Positions 17,712 through 20,000 of a stretch of 20,000 nucleotides of DNA are shown in pieces (position 1 is the stretch's first letter; each line of letters opens with the position of its first letter). A model generated the notes under the pieces. The model searched no databases and was not told the DNA's origin. It saw only the letters and a program-made list of their open reading frames with translations. The translations under genes were made by a program, and so were the position numbers. The DNA is from Bdellovibrionales bacterium RIFOXYD12_FULL_39_22. GTDB taxonomy: Bacteria > Bdellovibrionota > Bacteriovoracia > Bacteriovoracales > Bacteriovoracaceae. Location: the NCBI GenBank assembly GCA_001770205.1, contig MEQL01000056.1, positions 55,426 to 75,425 on the forward strand. The letters are read 5' to 3'.

Positions 17712-19607
17712 TTATTTCCAAATTTGATTTGCCTTAATTAGTGCATCATTAAGCAAGATTTTGGCCGTATCTTGACGCGCCTTTTTTATAATCAAAGCGA
17801 GATTTTTGTTTTCAATTAAATTATTTTTTTCTTGAGGATCATGCTTTAGGTTAAAAACAAACTCTCGTTTTGTTTTACCATGGTACATATATTTGAATGG
17901 ATAATTTAGCGATCCAATGTAATATCCGGAATATGGTTGAATAAGAGGAATGAAGCTTGTCTTGTCCTGGAACAATGAGCTACCAACGAAATGATTGACA
18001 GTAGAGATATTGAGAATATCTAAAATGGTTGGCGGAATATCTAATTGACTTCGCGGAGTATGATCAATACCAAGAAAGTTTTTTTGCCCTTTCCAGATTA
18101 ATAATAGCGGCGTTTTGAAGTTTTCGGAATAGAATCCATTTTCGGCCGCGTAGCTATAGTGCTCACCCATTGGAAAGCTATGATCTCCTAAGATCATGAT
18201 AATGGAGTTTTTTAGATAATCTCGCTTGTCTAGTTCGGAAAAAAAAGTTTTTAAGTATTCATCAGTAAGGTGTAATGAGTTTGCATACCCCTCAGTGATA
18301 TTTTGGGGATTCTTATAGATGTGCTGAATATCCTCAGGAATTTGATTAAATTTTTGATGATTGGAAACCGTGGTTAAGGCGGCAAAAAAATGTTTATTAA
18401 TGTTCTGGGCGATGTTGTTCTGGTGCAACTCATCAAGATAGTTGAAAAAAATTTCATAAAAAAAATTGTCCTGGATTCCCCATCCCCAGCTTCGGATAGC
18501 ATCAGGATTTTTAGAATATTTGGCCTTAATACTTTTCGTCATGGCGTGAATATGTTCAAAGCCATTGTTAGCAATAAACTCACCAGTATTGTCAAAATCA
18601 ATATCACTGTATGCCTTAAAAAAAAGAGTATTGTAATTGTATTTTTTTAAAATGTCTGAGATGCAATTTAATCGTAGTTGCGGATAGTGAGTGAAGACTT
18701 GCTGTCTGGTTATTGTTGGAATGGAGCAAAGAATTGATAATTGGCCGCGCGCAGTCTGCACTGAATTGCCCCAAAAATTATCGAAAAAGAGACCCTGTGC
18801 AATAAGGTTATTAAAAAAAGGAGTAATTTCTTTGTCGTTTGGGCCTTTTTTGTGAACATAGTTAAAATTGAACGATTCAACCATGATTATGAATATGTTG
18901 GGTGCTCCAGGAGAGCTATTTTTAAAGAAGGTGTCGTTTGTATTTATGTAAGGGAATGGATTTTTTAAATTGGGCCTTACTGTAAAACGCGAATCGGGAA
19001 AATAGTAGCGATAAATAGATTGATTGAAAGAAGTAAATTCATCATAAGAGTATGGAGTACCAAACATGATCGCGGAGTATATGGCCAAAGAGATAATAAC
19101 ATTTTGATGTGGCCTTTGGATTTTTGCTGTACTGGATATTTTCTTCCACCGTATTTCTAAAAAAATTAGTAGTGCGATAATAACAAGATTGGTGGCAATG
19201 TCTTTTTTGGTGAAAATATCCCAGAGAACTTGAATGCTTTCGGAGTAAAACACTGAAGAGGCGTTATCGGCCATCACAGCAAAATCAAGGTTAGTACGAG
19301 AGCGGAGGTGATAGTGGCCAACCCAAATATAGATGGAGATGAATAATAATTTTATTGTGAGATTTAATAATTTTTTGGAAGAGAAAAGATATTCAATAAG
19401 GTGAGCGGTGGCGACTAAAGAAATTGCTCCCACCAAAAGGATCGTAACATTAAAAACATCTAAGGTTTGATATTGTAATCCGCTTTTGAGATGTAATCTG
19501 ACTATAAAAAAAACATATACAGCAAGGATTGTTTTGGTGAAAAAATTTAGATTTAAAAAGTCTTGAATTGTTTTCATATTGTTTTTTTGTACGTTCCGAT
19601 CAGACAA
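17712..19607 (-). CDS. LTA synthase (LtaS)/sulfatase-family membrane protein
   Basis: About five N-terminal TM segments, then PNIFIIMVESF, QTARG (nucleophile Thr), TVSNH, LGDH, SQLDIPPTILD. The start may be ATG19577 rather than TTG19607. Confidence 0.88.
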   Translation of the reverse strand: MSDRNVQKNNMKTIQDFLNLNFFTKTILAVYVFFIVRLHLKSGLQYQTLDVFNVTILLVGAISLVATAHLIEYLFSSKKLLNLTIKLLFISIYIWVGHYHLRSRTNLDFAVMADNASSVFYSESIQVLWDIFTKKDIATNLVIIALLIFLEIRWKKISSTAKIQRPHQNVIISLAIYSAIMFGTPYSYDEFTSFNQSIYRYYFPDSRFTVRPNLKNPFPYINTNDTFFKNSSPGAPNIFIIMVESFNFNYVHKKGPNDKEITPFFNNLIAQGLFFDNFWGNSVQTARGQLSILCSIPTITRQQVFTHYPQLRLNCISDILKKYNYNTLFFKAYSDIDFDNTGEFIANNGFEHIHAMTKSIKAKYSKNPDAIRSWGWGIQDNFFYEIFFNYLDELHQNNIAQNINKHFFAALTTVSNHQKFNQIPEDIQHIYKNPQNITEGYANSLHLTDEYLKTFFSELDKRDYLKNSIIMILGDHSFPMGEHYSYAAENGFYSENFKTPLLLIWKGQKNFLGIDHTPRSQLDIPPTILDILNISTVNHFVGSSLFQDKTSFIPLIQPYSGYYIGSLNYPFKYMYHGKTKREFVFNLKHDPQEKNNLIENKNLALIIKKARQDTAKILLNDALIKANQIWK

Positions 19608-19764
19608 TATTAAGAAAAAAATCTATGATGGGCGTCAAGAGATTGTGGCCGTGTTGTTTTTTTTTGTCATTTCTTTCTTTTTGCTTCTGAAAATAAAGAA
19701 AAACTGCCATTTTTAGTTTAATTCTATTTAATTCTCCAGTGGGAAGCGAAAAAATCTTAAATTT

Positions 19765-19825
19765 TTTTACAAAATAGAAAAAAAATAGCTTGACCCAGAA
19801 TATCTTTTTGAGTAAATTCGCCTTT
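19765..19825 (+). promoter_or_regulatory. stable-RNA (rrn)-type sigma70 promoter
   Basis: A-tract UP-like element, then TTGACC(19790-19795)-N17-TAAATT(19813-19818) and a GC-rich discriminator CGCC. Confidence 0.6.
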
Positions 19826-19883
19826 CGTCTGACTTCGCATAGCATAAATGACTATCAAATTTGTTACAGAGAACAATCCTGAT

Positions 19884-19968
19884 AGCTTCTCCTTGCTTGT
19901 GTGGTTAGCGAAGCTCTTTAAAAACTAAATATTAGATTAAAAAGAATCATCAACTTAGGTTGATGGTT
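19884..19968 (+). promoter_or_regulatory. probable rRNA operon leader: hairpin, boxA-like element, second hairpin
   Basis: AGCTTC...GAAGCT stem, then GCTCTTTAAAAA (19913-19924; boxA consensus GCTCTTTAACAA), then hairpin AATCATCAAC-TTAG-GTTGATGGTT (19945-19968). Confidence 0.55.
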
Positions 19969-20000
19969 ACCACGATGAGAAAGACCATGGCATACACAAA

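Noticed and set aside
274..19845. Short overlapping or antisense ORFs in the track (e.g. 3429-3830, 6020-6331, 8070-8363, 15230-15532, 19600-19845) and the N-terminal extensions 9495-9650 and 12349-12498
   Set aside because: These are shadow frames of well-supported genes or low-complexity intergenic sequence. Better RBS-supported starts exist for the two extended ORFs.
1..20000. CRISPR array, tRNA, IS element, prophage or defence system
   Set aside because: I saw no regularly spaced repeats, cloverleaf, transposase, integrase or nuclease signatures.

Overview
AT-rich (roughly 35-40% GC by eye) bacterial chromosome segment of mostly housekeeping and envelope genes. Gene content suggests a Bdellovibrionota/Bacteriovoracia-like organism (inference, not verified). 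Order: 5'-truncated protein with a SleB/Hydrolase_2-like domain, metK, a small membrane protein, an orphan sigma54-dependent NtrC-family regulator, a coupled SpoIID/LytB + amidase pair, a lipoprotein (-), YyaL/SSP411-like protein (-), an Slt-domain transglycosylase, cmk, a GT9 heptosyltransferase, stand-alone heptose-7-P kinase, pheS-pheT, an LtaS/sulfatase-family protein (-), and a probable rRNA-operon promoter/leader at the right edge. The main find is the 655-bp gap before pheS. It holds a self-contained unit of about 455 nt: a sigma70 promoter, a variant c-di-GMP-I (GEMM-I) aptamer, a visible alternative fold, a U-rich 3' domain with repeated Shine-Dalgarno-like motifs and hairpins, and a strong intrinsic terminator. 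It has no convincing regulated gene and resembles the stand-alone riboswitch RNA (merRNA) of Bdellovibrio. The tetramer GGCC also appears strongly over-represented.
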